A DNA stretch of 64,000 nt from an uncultured Bacteroidaceae bacterium (GTDB lineage Bacteria > Bacteroidota > Bacteroidia > Bacteroidales > SM23-62), in NCBI GenBank assembly GCA_963777115.1, contig CAVZPP010000002.1, positions 841,741-905,740 on the forward strand, in the 5' to 3' direction. This document shows positions 28,853 to 41,487 of this stretch, one piece after another (the stretch's first letter is position 1; each line of letters opens with the position of its first letter). The position numbers and the translations under genes are program-made. The notes beneath the pieces were generated by a model, which was not told the DNA's origin, did not search any database, and worked only from the letters and a program-made list of their open reading frames with translations.

Positions 28853-31711
28853 ATGGAACCTTTTTTGAGGGAAGTAGCAAAGGAATTACACAGCTCCTAC
28901 GGAGATAGTCTGGGAGAGCTATGCCTTGTTTTTCCCAACCGCAGAGCGGGACTGTTTTTTAATAAATACCTGGGGGAAAGACTGGAACATGCGATCTGGT
29001 CACCCTCGATTTACACCATTCAGGATCTGATGGCAAGGATTTCGGAACTGGACTATGCCGATGATCTGGAATTAATCTCCCTTTTGTATAAAATCTATTG
29101 TGAAGTGAGGGGGACAGATGATAGTTTTGATGAATTCTTTTTCTGGGGAGAGATCATGCTTGGCGATTTTGATGAGGTGGATAAATATATGGTCAATGCA
29201 GAGGATATTTTCCGCAACCTGGCAGATCTGAAAGACCTGGAAAGATCCTTTGATTATCTTACAGAACAGCAGATTGAGCTGATTCAGAGATTCTGGAGCA
29301 GTTTCAGTTTTGAACAGCTGAGTGATCAAAAACAGCAATTTCTTGAGATATGGAATCTCCTGTTCCCTGTTTACAAGAAATTCCGTGAATCCTTACACTC
29401 AACAGGTATTGGTTATGAAGGTATGATATACCGGAATGTTGCGGATTTAATCCGGGAGGATAAATTAAAAGACCTGTCCTTTTCAAAACTTGTATTTATC
29501 GGGTTCAATGCCCTTAATCCCTGTGAACAGATTTTGTTTAAGTCCCTTGAAAATTCAGACAAGGCATTGTTTTACTGGGATTATGATGAGTATTACCTGG
29601 GAAGTGAGGTACATGAAGCAGGCCGGTTCATCAGACAAAACCTTTCCCTGTTTAAGGATTCCGGAGAGTCATTCAAGCGGGAAAATCTACAGGGAATACA
29701 AAAGAAAATCACCGTATATTCCATACCCTCTGACGCAGGACAGGCCCAGCTAGTGAATTCTATCCTTGAAAAGACTCTGGAACAGAGCGAATTAGGGGAG
29801 GAGACAGCCATTGTTCTGGCCGATGAGGAATTGCTTATACCTGTCCTGAATGCCCTTCCAACCAAACTGGAAGAGATTAATGTGACCATGGGGTATCCAG
29901 TCAGTGCGACTCCCGTATTCAGCCTGATAGAACATCTGATCGCGCTTCAACGCAATATTCGTGAGAGCAAGGGAAAACATCCACGGTTTTATCATGAGGA
30001 TGCTCTGCCTGTGCTGCAACATCAGTATATCACCCTTCGTGAAAGGAAGGTTTCAGGAGAAATTGTCAGGGAGATTAATGAACATAACCTGATTTATATT
30101 GATCAGGACGTTTTTGCCAGGAATGAACTATTTAAGTTGATTTTCCAGAAGATCAGGAAACCGGAGGATATTGCGGCTTACCTTCTGGATATCCTGGAAA
30201 TGATTACTGCCAGGGATGATGACAGGAAACCGGTTCCTGCCATGGAATTGGAATTTATTTTCAGGATTTACACAAGGATTCAGAGGCTGAAAGATGTACT
30301 TGGGGGACTTGGAATGAATTTTAGCCTGCCAACATTTTTGAGGCTTTATCATAAGTTCCTGCAGAGAACCCGGATTCCTTTCAGCGGTGAACCTCTTGCG
30401 GGAATACAGGTTATGGGTGTTCTGGAGACCAGGATTCTGGATTTTGACCGTGTCATCATTCTTTCCATGAATGAGGGAACATTCCCGAAAACAGGAAATA
30501 CCCAAAGTTTCATTCCCCAGAATATCAGGTTTGGTTTCCAGTTGCCAACCCCTGAATACCAGGATGCGATATATGCCTATTATTTCTACAGACTTATCCA
30601 GCGCTCAGGGGATGTTTATATGATCTATAATAACCTGGCTGAAGGACTCAATTCTGGGGAGAAATCGAGATACATTCACCAGCTGAAATACAGTCCGGAT
30701 TTCCAGGTTACGGAATTATCTGCGGGCATTGACGTTCAGGCTCACCCGGTTGAAATCATCAGGGTTGATAAGTCGCCTGATGTCATGCAAAAGCTTTACA
30801 AATACTGTCCCTCAAAGGAAGGCAAAGGATACCTTTCTCCAAGTGCCCTGAACAGCTATATAGATTGTTCACTTCAGTTTTATTTCAATTATATCGCCGA
30901 AATCAAGGAAACGGATAAATTACAGGAAGAGGTTGATCCGGCACTTTTCGGGACCATTCTTCATGAGGCTGTAAGGAAAATCTATTCCACACTTGGCAAT
31001 CCGATCAACACAGAAGATCTGAAGGATATCCTGGGTAAGCCGGAATTACTTTTTGAATCCATAGACAAAGCATTTACCGATATTTATCTCGGTGATAAAG
31101 GGAAATCCCCTGAAGGAAGAAACCGGGTTATCCGTGAAATCATTTTTACGTATGTTCAGAGGATACTGGAAAAAGATATGGAGTTTTGTCCCATTCAAAT
31201 CCAGAGCCTGGAGGAGAGCTATTTTATGGAAATTCCTGTCCTTTCCGGGAAGACTGAATTCTCAGTCAGAATAGGAGGGAAGATCGACAGGATTGACCGT
31301 TTGGAGAACTCGTTCAGGGTACTGGATTATAAGACCGGCCAGGGGAAAATGTTCCTGAATTCAATTGAAGAATTGTTTGACCAGGAAAACAAGAACCGTA
31401 ACCGGGCGGCATTCCAGACATTTTTATATGCAAAACTTTTCAGGTCTTCCGGCAACCCTGATAATGTCCCTGTGACTCCTGGAGTTTACCTGATCCGTGA
31501 AATTTTCGGGCAGGCATTCAGATATTATTTCAGTCTGGGAAACTCAAGGTCCAATATTCCTTTATGGGATTATTCAGGAATTGACGAGGAATTTTCCAAT
31601 CAGCTGACAGGCCTGATAGAAAGCCTGTTTGATCCATCAATATCATTCGTGCAGACCGAGCAGGAAGAGGCCTGCAGGAATTGTTTATACAAGGGGATTT
31701 GTCACAGATAA
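28853..31711 (+). CDS. PD-(D/E)XK nuclease with inactive helicase part (AddB-like)
   Basis: VFPNRRA, LSPSALNSYIDC, GKIDRID, DYKTG and C-terminal CRNCLYKGIC (Fe-S staple). Confidence 0.88.
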   Translation: MEPFLREVAKELHSSYGDSLGELCLVFPNRRAGLFFNKYLGERLEHAIWSPSIYTIQDLMARISELDYADDLELISLLYKIYCEVRGTDDSFDEFFFWGEIMLGDFDEVDKYMVNAEDIFRNLADLKDLERSFDYLTEQQIELIQRFWSSFSFEQLSDQKQQFLEIWNLLFPVYKKFRESLHSTGIGYEGMIYRNVADLIREDKLKDLSFSKLVFIGFNALNPCEQILFKSLENSDKALFYWDYDEYYLGSEVHEAGRFIRQNLSLFKDSGESFKRENLQGIQKKITVYSIPSDAGQAQLVNSILEKTLEQSELGEETAIVLADEELLIPVLNALPTKLEEINVTMGYPVSATPVFSLIEHLIALQRNIRESKGKHPRFYHEDALPVLQHQYITLRERKVSGEIVREINEHNLIYIDQDVFARNELFKLIFQKIRKPEDIAAYLLDILEMITARDDDRKPVPAMELEFIFRIYTRIQRLKDVLGGLGMNFSLPTFLRLYHKFLQRTRIPFSGEPLAGIQVMGVLETRILDFDRVIILSMNEGTFPKTGNTQSFIPQNIRFGFQLPTPEYQDAIYAYYFYRLIQRSGDVYMIYNNLAEGLNSGEKSRYIHQLKYSPDFQVTELSAGIDVQAHPVEIIRVDKSPDVMQKLYKYCPSKEGKGYLSPSALNSYIDCSLQFYFNYIAEIKETDKLQEEVDPALFGTILHEAVRKIYSTLGNPINTEDLKDILGKPELLFESIDKAFTDIYLGDKGKSPEGRNRVIREIIFTYVQRILEKDMEFCPIQIQSLEESYFMEIPVLSGKTEFSVRIGGKIDRIDRLENSFRVLDYKTGQGKMFLNSIEELFDQENKNRNRAAFQTFLYAKLFRSSGNPDNVPVTPGVYLIREIFGQAFRYYFSLGNSRSNIPLWDYSGIDEEFSNQLTGLIESLFDPSISFVQTEQEEACRNCLYKGICHR

Positions 31712-31714
31712 GAT

Positions 31715-31722
31715 TATCTTTG
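31715..31722 (+). promoter_or_regulatory. Bacteroidota -7 promoter element TATCTTTG
   Basis: TAnnTTTG match 28 bp upstream of ATG 31751. Confidence 0.5.
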
Positions 31723-31750
31723 TATAACGGAAATGAAGCCTTTTTGAAAT

Positions 31751-33496
31751 ATGTTCCCAGAACCAGCAGCTTTCAAGGTTGACATAAAGGATCAAAAATT
31801 CACTTCGGACAAGGGAATGAAATATTCCCGGACCGCTCTAATAACCATCCTGACCAGTCAGGATCATCACGAATCTGTTCAGGAGTACGGTTACATCGAC
31901 GAGAATGAAATATTTGAAATCATCCACAAGGGAGATCCGCTTGTTCTTGATCAATGTTATATCGACAAGTTTTCCCTAACTGAATACCGGAAAAAATATA
32001 ATATTGGACCAAGGGAAAATATTCCTATTCATAATTTTTCAGCTCGAACGGCCTTCATTAACTGCAAGGTCATGATTGATTTTGTCCATACTGAGTTTAC
32101 CGGTGATGTGATTTTTGAAGAAGCTTATTTTGCCAGGGGAGACCTGAATCTGCATGCATCGAAGATTGTTGGGGGAGGACTGAATTTTAATCATGCGCGA
32201 TTACCGGATGGAAGATTTGATCTCAGCAATCTTGTTGTCGAACATGGTGATGTAAGCTTTAAAAATGCTGTTTTTGGAGCAGGCCCCAAGGATTTTCAGG
32301 ATGCAGAATTCAAAGAGGGAGAGATGATCTTCACAAATACTGATTTTGGTGAAGGTGATGTTTCTTTTATCAATACTCATTTTGGAGACGGGAATGTCTC
32401 ATTCAAAGTCGCAAGATTCGGAACAGGTAAGGTGGATTTTCACTATGCCAAGTTCAGGGAAGGAAATATCTCTTTCGAAAGAACTGAATTTGGAGACGGA
32501 CGTGTGGATTTCAGAACCGCAGAATTTACAAGGGGCAGGGTAAATTTCAATCGTGCCATTTTTGGTAAGGGGGATGTCAGTTTTGAAGCCAGTGAACTGA
32601 AAGAAGGAAAGATAAGCTTTAAGCGGACGGTTTTTGGTGAAGGAATCCTGGATTTTGAGCTTGCAGAATTTGATAATTCAGATGCAAGTTTCGACCGCGC
32701 TGTATTTAATGTAGGAACTGTTTCTTTTCACCAGGCAAGGTTCAGGACTTTATCACTTCAGTCCTGTCATTTCGATCATTACCTGGACCTTAGGCTGGCA
32801 AAATGCGATCACGTAGATCTTTCAGATACCATCGTTAGGGATATTATTGACCTGATGCCCTATGATTTTGACCTGGATATTCAAACCATTGATTTTTCAG
32901 GTATGCGGCTCATCGGAAGAATCTATATGGACTGGACCAGAAACAGGGTTAAGAAATTAGTAAGAAGACAAAAGCATAGTTCAAACCGTTCCAAAGCAGA
33001 ACAATTCCGTACTCTGAAGGAAAATTTCAGTGTTACCGGGCAATACAATGATGAGGACAGATCTTACCTTGAGTTTAAAAGGCTTGAGTCCATTGCAATC
33101 CTCGAAGAATCAGTTAAAAGAAAACCGGTAACCGGATTGTGGATGTATCCCTTCTACTGGTTTAAACTGATCATTTTTGATTGGGTGGGTCATTACGCAA
33201 CAAATCCTGTTCGAGTGATCATTTCAATGCTGGTTATGTATACTGTTTTCAGTATTATGTTTATGCTGCTGACAATATTCACCTCTGCAGATATTGTTTC
33301 TTCCGTTGGGGATCCGGACAAACTGAACGTAGTGGTGAAATCCTTTTACCACTGTGCCATAACATTTCTTACCATAGGATATGGTGATTACTATCCTTCC
33401 GGGTTCATACGCTGGTTCTCAAGCTTTGTGGGATTTTCAGGCCTGGTCATGGTCTCTTATTTCACAGTGGCTTTTGTGAGAAAGATACTACGCTGA
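31751..33496 (+). CDS. Potassium-channel (Ion_trans_2) protein with an N-terminal 12-residue beta-solenoid repeat region
   Basis: About 14-17 GxxxFxxxxFxx repeats; C-terminal TM helix, pore TFLTIGYGDYYP, TM helix. Confidence 0.85.
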   Translation: MFPEPAAFKVDIKDQKFTSDKGMKYSRTALITILTSQDHHESVQEYGYIDENEIFEIIHKGDPLVLDQCYIDKFSLTEYRKKYNIGPRENIPIHNFSARTAFINCKVMIDFVHTEFTGDVIFEEAYFARGDLNLHASKIVGGGLNFNHARLPDGRFDLSNLVVEHGDVSFKNAVFGAGPKDFQDAEFKEGEMIFTNTDFGEGDVSFINTHFGDGNVSFKVARFGTGKVDFHYAKFREGNISFERTEFGDGRVDFRTAEFTRGRVNFNRAIFGKGDVSFEASELKEGKISFKRTVFGEGILDFELAEFDNSDASFDRAVFNVGTVSFHQARFRTLSLQSCHFDHYLDLRLAKCDHVDLSDTIVRDIIDLMPYDFDLDIQTIDFSGMRLIGRIYMDWTRNRVKKLVRRQKHSSNRSKAEQFRTLKENFSVTGQYNDEDRSYLEFKRLESIAILEESVKRKPVTGLWMYPFYWFKLIIFDWVGHYATNPVRVIISMLVMYTVFSIMFMLLTIFTSADIVSSVGDPDKLNVVVKSFYHCAITFLTIGYGDYYPSGFIRWFSSFVGFSGLVMVSYFTVAFVRKILR

Positions 33497-33505
33497 TCCC
33501 CCAGC

Positions 33506-34186
33506 TCATTCATCCTTTAAGAGATCCGGCCTTAGGTTCCTGGTCCTTTCAATGGATTGTTCGAATCTCCATTTTTCAATTTTTGAAGCATCTCCCGATA
33601 AGAGAATATCCGGTACTTTCCATCCCTTATATTCAGCAGGTCGGGTATATACCGGTGGCGACAACAGTCCATCTTGAAATGAATCGGTCAGCGCAGAGGT
33701 CTCATCAGATAAAACCCCCGGAATCAGACGGATTATGGAATCTATCATGACTGCAGCCGCCAGTTCACCTCCGGTCATAACATAATCGCCAATAGATATC
33801 TCCCTGGTAATCAGGTTATCCCGAACGCGCTGGTCCACTCCCTTATAATGTCCGCATAAAAATATGAGATTCTTGCAGGTAGACAGATTATTCGCGATCT
33901 GCTGGTTGAACGGCTCACCATCAGGAGTGGTAAAAATGATTTCCTGGTATTCACGTTCTTTCTTAAGTGTAGCTATGGCATTGTCGATTGGTTGTATATT
34001 CATTACCATTCCAGCCTCACCGCTAAAAGCATAATCATCAATTTTCCTGTGCTTATCAGTTGAATAATCACGAAGATTGTGAATAAAGACCTTTGTAAGG
34101 CCCTTGTCCGATGCCCGTTTGAGTATGGAATGATTAAGGGGACTGTGAAGAAGTTCCGGAACAGCAGTTAGAATATCGATTCTCAT
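33506..34186 (-). CDS. trmD: tRNA (guanine37-N1)-methyltransferase
   Basis: [26 protein letters not shown] and VPDILLSG motifs. Confidence 0.97.
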   Translation of the reverse strand: MRIDILTAVPELLHSPLNHSILKRASDKGLTKVFIHNLRDYSTDKHRKIDDYAFSGEAGMVMNIQPIDNAIATLKKEREYQEIIFTTPDGEPFNQQIANNLSTCKNLIFLCGHYKGVDQRVRDNLITREISIGDYVMTGGELAAAVMIDSIIRLIPGVLSDETSALTDSFQDGLLSPPVYTRPAEYKGWKVPDILLSGDASKIEKWRFEQSIERTRNLRPDLLKDE

Positions 34187-34300
34187 AGATTCATATTTTG
34201 TACAAAAATAGTCAACATGCCCAAAAAAACTTTGAGTATACTGCTTTATTAATTACTTTCGCAATTTGTCAGTGTCAGTACATACAGATATTGAGGAGCG

Positions 34301-36540
34301 ATGGAACATAATGATCAGGTTCAAAATGAACCTCTCGCCGGTGATTCCGGCGAATTAAAGAAGGATTCTTCCGAGGAGGAACACTCCGTAGACCAGCCTT
34401 CAGAAAAGAAGGAAGAAAACATAACCGGACTCACTGAGAATAAAGAAATTGTCTCAGAAGTCGAGGAAAAATCTGTATCCGTAACCCCCGGGGTGGATGC
34501 AGTTCCGCCAGATACGGAACCTCCACCCGACAAAGAGCCTTCAGCAGTCAGCGAACCGGTTTCTTCTGAAGAACCGGTATCCACTGAAGAACGGTATCCC
34601 CTGAAGAACCGGTATCCCCAGAAGAACAGGTCTCTCCAGAAGAACCGGTATCTGATGCCGAACCTGGTATTCTAGCAGAAGCCGAATCAACTGAGGAAGA
34701 AAAAGCTCCTCCCGAACCCGATATCGAAACTATAAAGGAACCTGAAGCAGCAGCCGAACCTGAAGCAGCAGCCGAACCAGAGCCTAAAAAGTCGGCGCCC
34801 ATTCCGGAATTTGACTATTCCATGCTCACGCGGGAGGACCTTGTAAACCGCCTGGAGGTATTGCTTGAAAACCAGGATATTCAGGAAATACGTTCGGATA
34901 TTGATCATATAAAGGTTAATTTTTACAAGAAAAATAAGGCCGAGATCGAGCTAAAGCGCAAGAAATTTATTGAGGATGGGGGTGATTTAGAGGATTTCCA
35001 GATTGAACCGGATGCATTAGAGGAAAGAATTAAGGGTTTATTAAAGAAATACCGGGAGCAAAAAACGGAGTTTAATAAAAGTATTGAAGTCCAGAAAAAG
35101 GAAAACCTCGCCAGGAAATACGAGGTTATCGAGCAGATCAAAGAGCTTATTAACCGGAAGGAATCAATAAATAAGACTTTTAATGAATTCAGAGACCTGC
35201 AGCGGGAATGGCGTCTTATCGGCCTGGTTCCTCAGCAGAATCTGAAGGATTTGTGGGATACATACAATCATCATGTTGAGAAGTTCTATGACTTTATAAA
35301 AATTAATAAGGAGCTGAGGGACCTGGATCTGAAGAAGAACCTTGAACTCAAAATGCAGCTTTGTGAAAGGGCCGAAGAACTCATGATGGAATCCTCTGTA
35401 GTAAATGCATTTAATAGTTTACAAAAGTACCATGACAGGTGGAGGGAGATTGGACCGGTACCACTTGAGGTACGGAATGAGATATGGGAAAGATTCAGGG
35501 AGGCCACGGCTAAGATAAATCGCAGGCACCAGGATCATTTTGAGGATCTTAAGAAAGCCCAGAAAAAAAATCTTGAACAGAAAATACTTCTCTGCGAACA
35601 GGCTGAAGAGTTGGGCAACCAGGTTCTGGAAACCAACAAACAGTGGGATGAAAAGTCAAAGGAACTGATTGAGATTCAGAAGGTATGGAAATCCATCGGT
35701 TTTGCACCAAAGAAAGATAATAACAAGATTTACGAACGGTTCCGCAAAGCCTGCGATACTTTTTTTAATCAGAAACGTGAATTCTATGCTCATAGCAAAG
35801 AATTGCAGATGAATAATCTTCAACTGAAAATGGACATTTGCGTTCAGGCAGAATCTTTAAAAGAGAGTAAAGAATGGAAGAAAACTACGGATGATCTTAT
35901 TAATCTGCAAAAGAAATGGAAAGAGATCGGTCCGGTTCCCAAGAAACATTCAGAAACTGTTTGGAGAAGGTTCAGGGCAGCCTGCGACGAATTTTTCAAG
36001 AAAAAATCGGAGTATTACAAAAATATTGATCAGACGTATTCTCAGAACCTTGAGGAAAAGAAAAAGTTACTCGTTGAGGTTCAGTCTCTTAAATTATCCG
36101 ACAACATCGAAGATAACTTTAAGTCTCTAAATGATTTCCAGAGGAGATGGTCGGAGATCGGATTTGTCCCTTTTAAGGAAAAAGAAGGTTTGCAGGATCA
36201 GTTCAGGAAAGCGATCAACCAACATTTCGACAACCTGGATATCAATGATAACCGGAAGAATATGTTGAAATTCCGGAACAAGTTGGATAATATGGTCCAG
36301 AAACCGAAGTCAGATTATAAGATTGGACAGGAGAGGGAAAGGTATATTAACCGTTTGCAGCAATTAAGGAATGATATTGTTTTATGGGAAAATAATATTG
36401 GGTTTTTCGCAAAATCAAAAAATGCTGAATCCATGATCGCTGAAGTTCAGTCAAGGATCGATAATGCCAAGGAAAGCATTACTCTTCTAGAGCAGAAGGT
36501 TGAATTGATTGACAAGATGGAAAATGATCAGGGAAGATAA
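34301..36540 (+). CDS. DUF349 domain protein with acidic disordered N-terminus; 1-nt deletion near 34592 splits it into two track ORFs
   Basis: Repeated LQxxWxxIGxVP....W.RF..A...F units; the frame is restored by adding one C in the 18-nt repeat. Confidence 0.85.
34550..34656 (+). repeat. 18-nt coding tandem repeat (EEPVSx), about 6 units, one unit 17 nt
   Basis: gaagaaccggtatccact / gaagaac-ggtatcccct / gaagaaccggtatcccca / gaagaacaggtctctcca / gaagaaccggtatctgat. Confidence 0.85.
34741..34778 (+). repeat. 18-nt tandem duplication (PEAAAE x2)
   Basis: cctgaagcagcagccgaa occurs twice in tandem. Confidence 0.75.
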
Positions 36541-38211
<1,671 letters not shown>

Positions 38212-38258
38212 AAGAACATACTCCCGAATGATCAAGTCGGGACAGTAAGATAATTGAA

Positions 38259-40152
38259 ATGGATAGAAATACGATAATCGGATTATTATTAATCGCGGGA
38301 ATACTGATAGGTTATTCCATGTTTACCAAGCCTTCAGAGCAAGAGAAGTCTGAAATGCAAAGGGTAAGAGATTCCATAGCTGTTGCAGAACAATTCAGGC
38401 TGCAGGAGGCCCAGAAACAGGCTGAAGAAATAAAAACCACACAGTCTCAGTCCCCTAATGTTACCTCGCCTGAACCTGAATCAGCCAGTCCCGAACAAAA
38501 CCGTGATATCTATGGGGCTTTTGCTGAAGCTGCCAATGGATCTGATGATTACATCACCCTGGAGAATGACCGGCTGAAGATACAAATCTCAAAACGTGGC
38601 GGCAGACCATATACCGTGCAGTTGAAAGAATACCTGACCCATGATACACTTCCCCTGATTTTGTTTGATGGGGATTCTACGGTATTCGGGATGAATTTTT
38701 TCGCCCAGAACCGGAGCATTAATACCAATGAGTTGTATTTTACTCCGGATACCCGGGAATCCCGCCTGGATGCCAGTTCTAAATCCGTTAGCCTTTCTAT
38801 GAAGCTTCCTGCAGGAGACGGACGTTATATTGAGTATATCTACACCATGAAACCGAAAAGCTATATCGTAGGCTTTGACCTCAGGTTTGTAGACATGGAG
38901 GAATTGCTCTCACAGAATAATAATTTTATCGATCTCAACTGGAATATCTATGTGCCACAGCAGGAAATGGGAAGGATGAACGAATTGAATTATACCACCA
39001 TTTTCCTGAAGCATTACCAGGATGAGGTAGAAAGGCTGGCAATGCGGTCAAAGAAAGATATCCAGGAAAAGGATGTGCCTACCAAGGTCCGCTGGCTTGC
39101 TTTTAAGCAGCAATTTTTCTCTTCCGTTTTTCTTGCAGAGGAGAATTTTTCTAATGTTCATGTCCGTTCCACCAAGCTGGAGGAAAATCCGACCTACCTC
39201 TATATATTTGAGTCCCAGATCGGAATCCCGTTTACACAGGAAGCTGAACAAACCAAAAAATACAAATTCTATTTCGGTCCTAATCATTATAATACCCTGA
39301 GATCATTTGATTTAGAGATGCAGGATCTCGTGGGACTGGGAGGATTAATGAGCAGGGTGATTAATAAATGGGTGATTATACCGGTATTCACTTTCCTGAA
39401 CAAGTTTATCAATAATTATGGATTGATCATACTTATCCTTACAGTGTTGATCAAACTGGTGCTCTTCCCGCTTACATACCGCTCCTACATGTCAATGGCT
39501 AAAATGAGGGTATTAAAGCCGGAAATTGATGAAATCAATGCAAAAATCCCCAAGGAGAAATCCATGGAAAGACAGCAGGCAACTATGGCCCTGTACAAGA
39601 AGGTGGGGGTTTCTCCCCTGGGTGGATGTCTGCCAGTTGTGCTGCAGATGCCTATCCTTATCTCAATGTTCCGGTTCTTCCCAACATCCATTGAGCTGAG
39701 ACAAGAGAGCTTTCTCTGGGCACATGACCTTTCTACCTATGATTCCATTCTAACCCTGCCCTTTGAAATACCCATGTACGGGGACCATGTAAGTCTTTTT
39801 ACCCTCTTGATGACTGCATCTACCATTCTCACCATGAAGATCAGCAACCAGGCTCAGGCCTCTCAGAGCCAGATGCCGGGGATGAAAGGAATGATGTATA
39901 TGATGCCAGTTATGTTCATGTTCATGCTGAACAGCTGGTCGGCGGCTTTAACATATTATTATTTCCTCGCCAATATTATCACCTTCGGACAAAATATGCT
40001 GGTAAAACAGTTTGTGGATGAGGATTCCCTTCGCAACAAACTGAAGAGCAATCAGAAGAAGTCCTGCCCCCAAAAAACAAAGCGGGTTCCAGAAGCGACT
40101 GGAGGATATGGCCAAGCAGCGTGGATTTCAACCACCTAAAAAGAAGAAGTAG
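38259..40152 (+). CDS. yidC: Membrane protein insertase YidC; +1 frameshift near 40060-40080, true tail SGFQKRLEDMAKQRGFQPPKKKK* ends at 40152
   Basis: YFGPN, SMAKMRVLKPEI, GGCLP, FLWAHDLS and LTYYYF; the typical Bacteroidota tail is in the +1 frame. Confidence 0.93.
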
Positions 40153-40168
40153 TATTAAAATAATTCTG

Positions 40169-40196
40169 AACTCTCCATGAAGAACCATGGAGAGTT
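40169..40196. terminator. 11-bp perfect hairpin between convergent yidC and ribH
   Basis: AACTCTCCATG-aagaac-CATGGAGAGTT. Confidence 0.55.
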
Positions 40197-40683
40197 AAAG
40201 GGTACCTTGAAGGCCAATCATCTTCAGGGCAGTGATTGCCGCTTCATCTCCTTTATTGCCATGTTTTCCTCCAGCCCGGTCTTTTGCCTGTTGTAATGTA
40301 TCCGTAGTGAGTACTCCGAAAACAAAGGGGCGACTGAATTTAAGGTTGAGCTCTGTGATCCCCTGGGTAACTCCCTGGCAAATGTAGTCGAAATGCCGGG
40401 TTTCCCCCTGGATAACGCATCCAAGGCATATCACTGCATCGGGCTTGCCAGCTTCCATAATCAATTGTGCACCCAGCGGTAATTCAAAGGTTCCCGGTAC
40501 ATGTTCAATGATGATGTCAGCTTCACTGACTCCGTGTTTTTTAAGCGTGTGAACTGTTCCCTCGAGAAGGGCGTTTGTAATTTCCGGGTTCCATTCGGCC
40601 AGTACGATCCCAATTTTTTTTCCTTCCCCGGAAGGGATATCATCAGGATTATAATCGGAAAGATTCTTAAGACTTGTAGCCAT
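40195..40683 (-). CDS. ribH: 6,7-dimethyl-8-ribityllumazine synthase
   Basis: VPGTFELP, GCVIQGETRHFDY and GGKHGNKG motifs. Confidence 0.97.
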   Translation of the reverse strand: MATSLKNLSDYNPDDIPSGEGKKIGIVLAEWNPEITNALLEGTVHTLKKHGVSEADIIIEHVPGTFELPLGAQLIMEAGKPDAVICLGCVIQGETRHFDYICQGVTQGITELNLKFSRPFVFGVLTTDTLQQAKDRAGGKHGNKGDEAAITALKMIGLQGTL

Positions 40684-40686
40684 AGG

Positions 40687-41370
40687 CTATGATTGCAGTT
40701 TACTGCGGGTAATGTATTTCTCGATATTATTGCTCCTTGAATAATCAGGGTATTGCTGGCGGATCTGCTCGTAGAGGTCAAGGGCTTTCTTGTATTCGCC
40801 CAGCTCTTCCTGCACAAGTCCGGCTTTCATAAGGTACATGGGAGTGGTGAAATTATTATCTGAAAGGCTTGCAGCTTTCATGTAAAAATCCAATCCCGTT
40901 TTGGTTTCGCCTAGTTCCACGTATGCGTCTCCAATAGCACCGATTGCGATGGGTGCGACCATTTTGTCCTTTGATTTGAATTTCTTGAGATAATCAATAG
41001 CATCCTCGTATTGTCCTGATTTCAAGAATGATATGCCTGCATAATAGCTTGCCAGGTTGCTGGCCTTGGTGATCCCGTAATCATCAATGATCTGCAGGAA
41101 TCCGGAATAGTTTCCATCACCATTCAGGGCAAGCTTGAATGAATCTATCTCAAAATACTGCTCGGCAACAAACATCTGTGCATGAGCCTCTTCCTCGAGA
41201 GGGTTCAGGTAAAATCTTTTCAGTCCAATAAAAATTGTAATGATCACCATTACGCCGGTAACGATGCGTACGATCCATTTCTGGTTATCCTCAATAAATT
41301 GTTCGGTCTTGGTTAATGCGCCTTCAATGCCTTCCAATCCAGGTTCCTTTACTTGCTGCTTCTTTGTCAT
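40687..41370 (-). CDS. Membrane-anchored TPR protein (YfgM-like)
   Basis: One N-terminal TM helix, ALNGDG motif and TPR helices; located between ribH and recF. Confidence 0.85.
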   Translation of the reverse strand: MTKKQQVKEPGLEGIEGALTKTEQFIEDNQKWIVRIVTGVMVIITIFIGLKRFYLNPLEEEAHAQMFVAEQYFEIDSFKLALNGDGNYSGFLQIIDDYGITKASNLASYYAGISFLKSGQYEDAIDYLKKFKSKDKMVAPIAIGAIGDAYVELGETKTGLDFYMKAASLSDNNFTTPMYLMKAGLVQEELGEYKKALDLYEQIRQQYPDYSRSNNIEKYITRSKLQS

Positions 41371-41407
41371 TTTAATTCAATGATAATGAGTACCGTTAAA
41401 AACAACG

Positions 41408-41469
41408 CAAATGTAATTGTTTTGCCTGAATAAAAAAACGATGAAATCCACCCAGTTTAGCTATTTTTG
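41408..41469. promoter_or_regulatory. Divergent -7 elements: TACATTTG (minus, 41408-41415) and TATTTTTG (plus, 41462-41469)
   Basis: TAnnTTTG matches upstream of the TPR gene and of recF. Confidence 0.5.
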
Positions 41470-41487
41470 TTCATAAATAATTTCAAT

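Noticed and set aside
34550-34656. Short tandem repeats as a CRISPR array
   Set aside because: Contiguous 18-nt coding units with no spacers and no cas genes.
40055-40152. yidC C-terminal frameshift as programmed recoding
   Set aside because: It lies in C and A homopolymer runs, and the window has many similar single-base indels, so a sequencing error is more likely.
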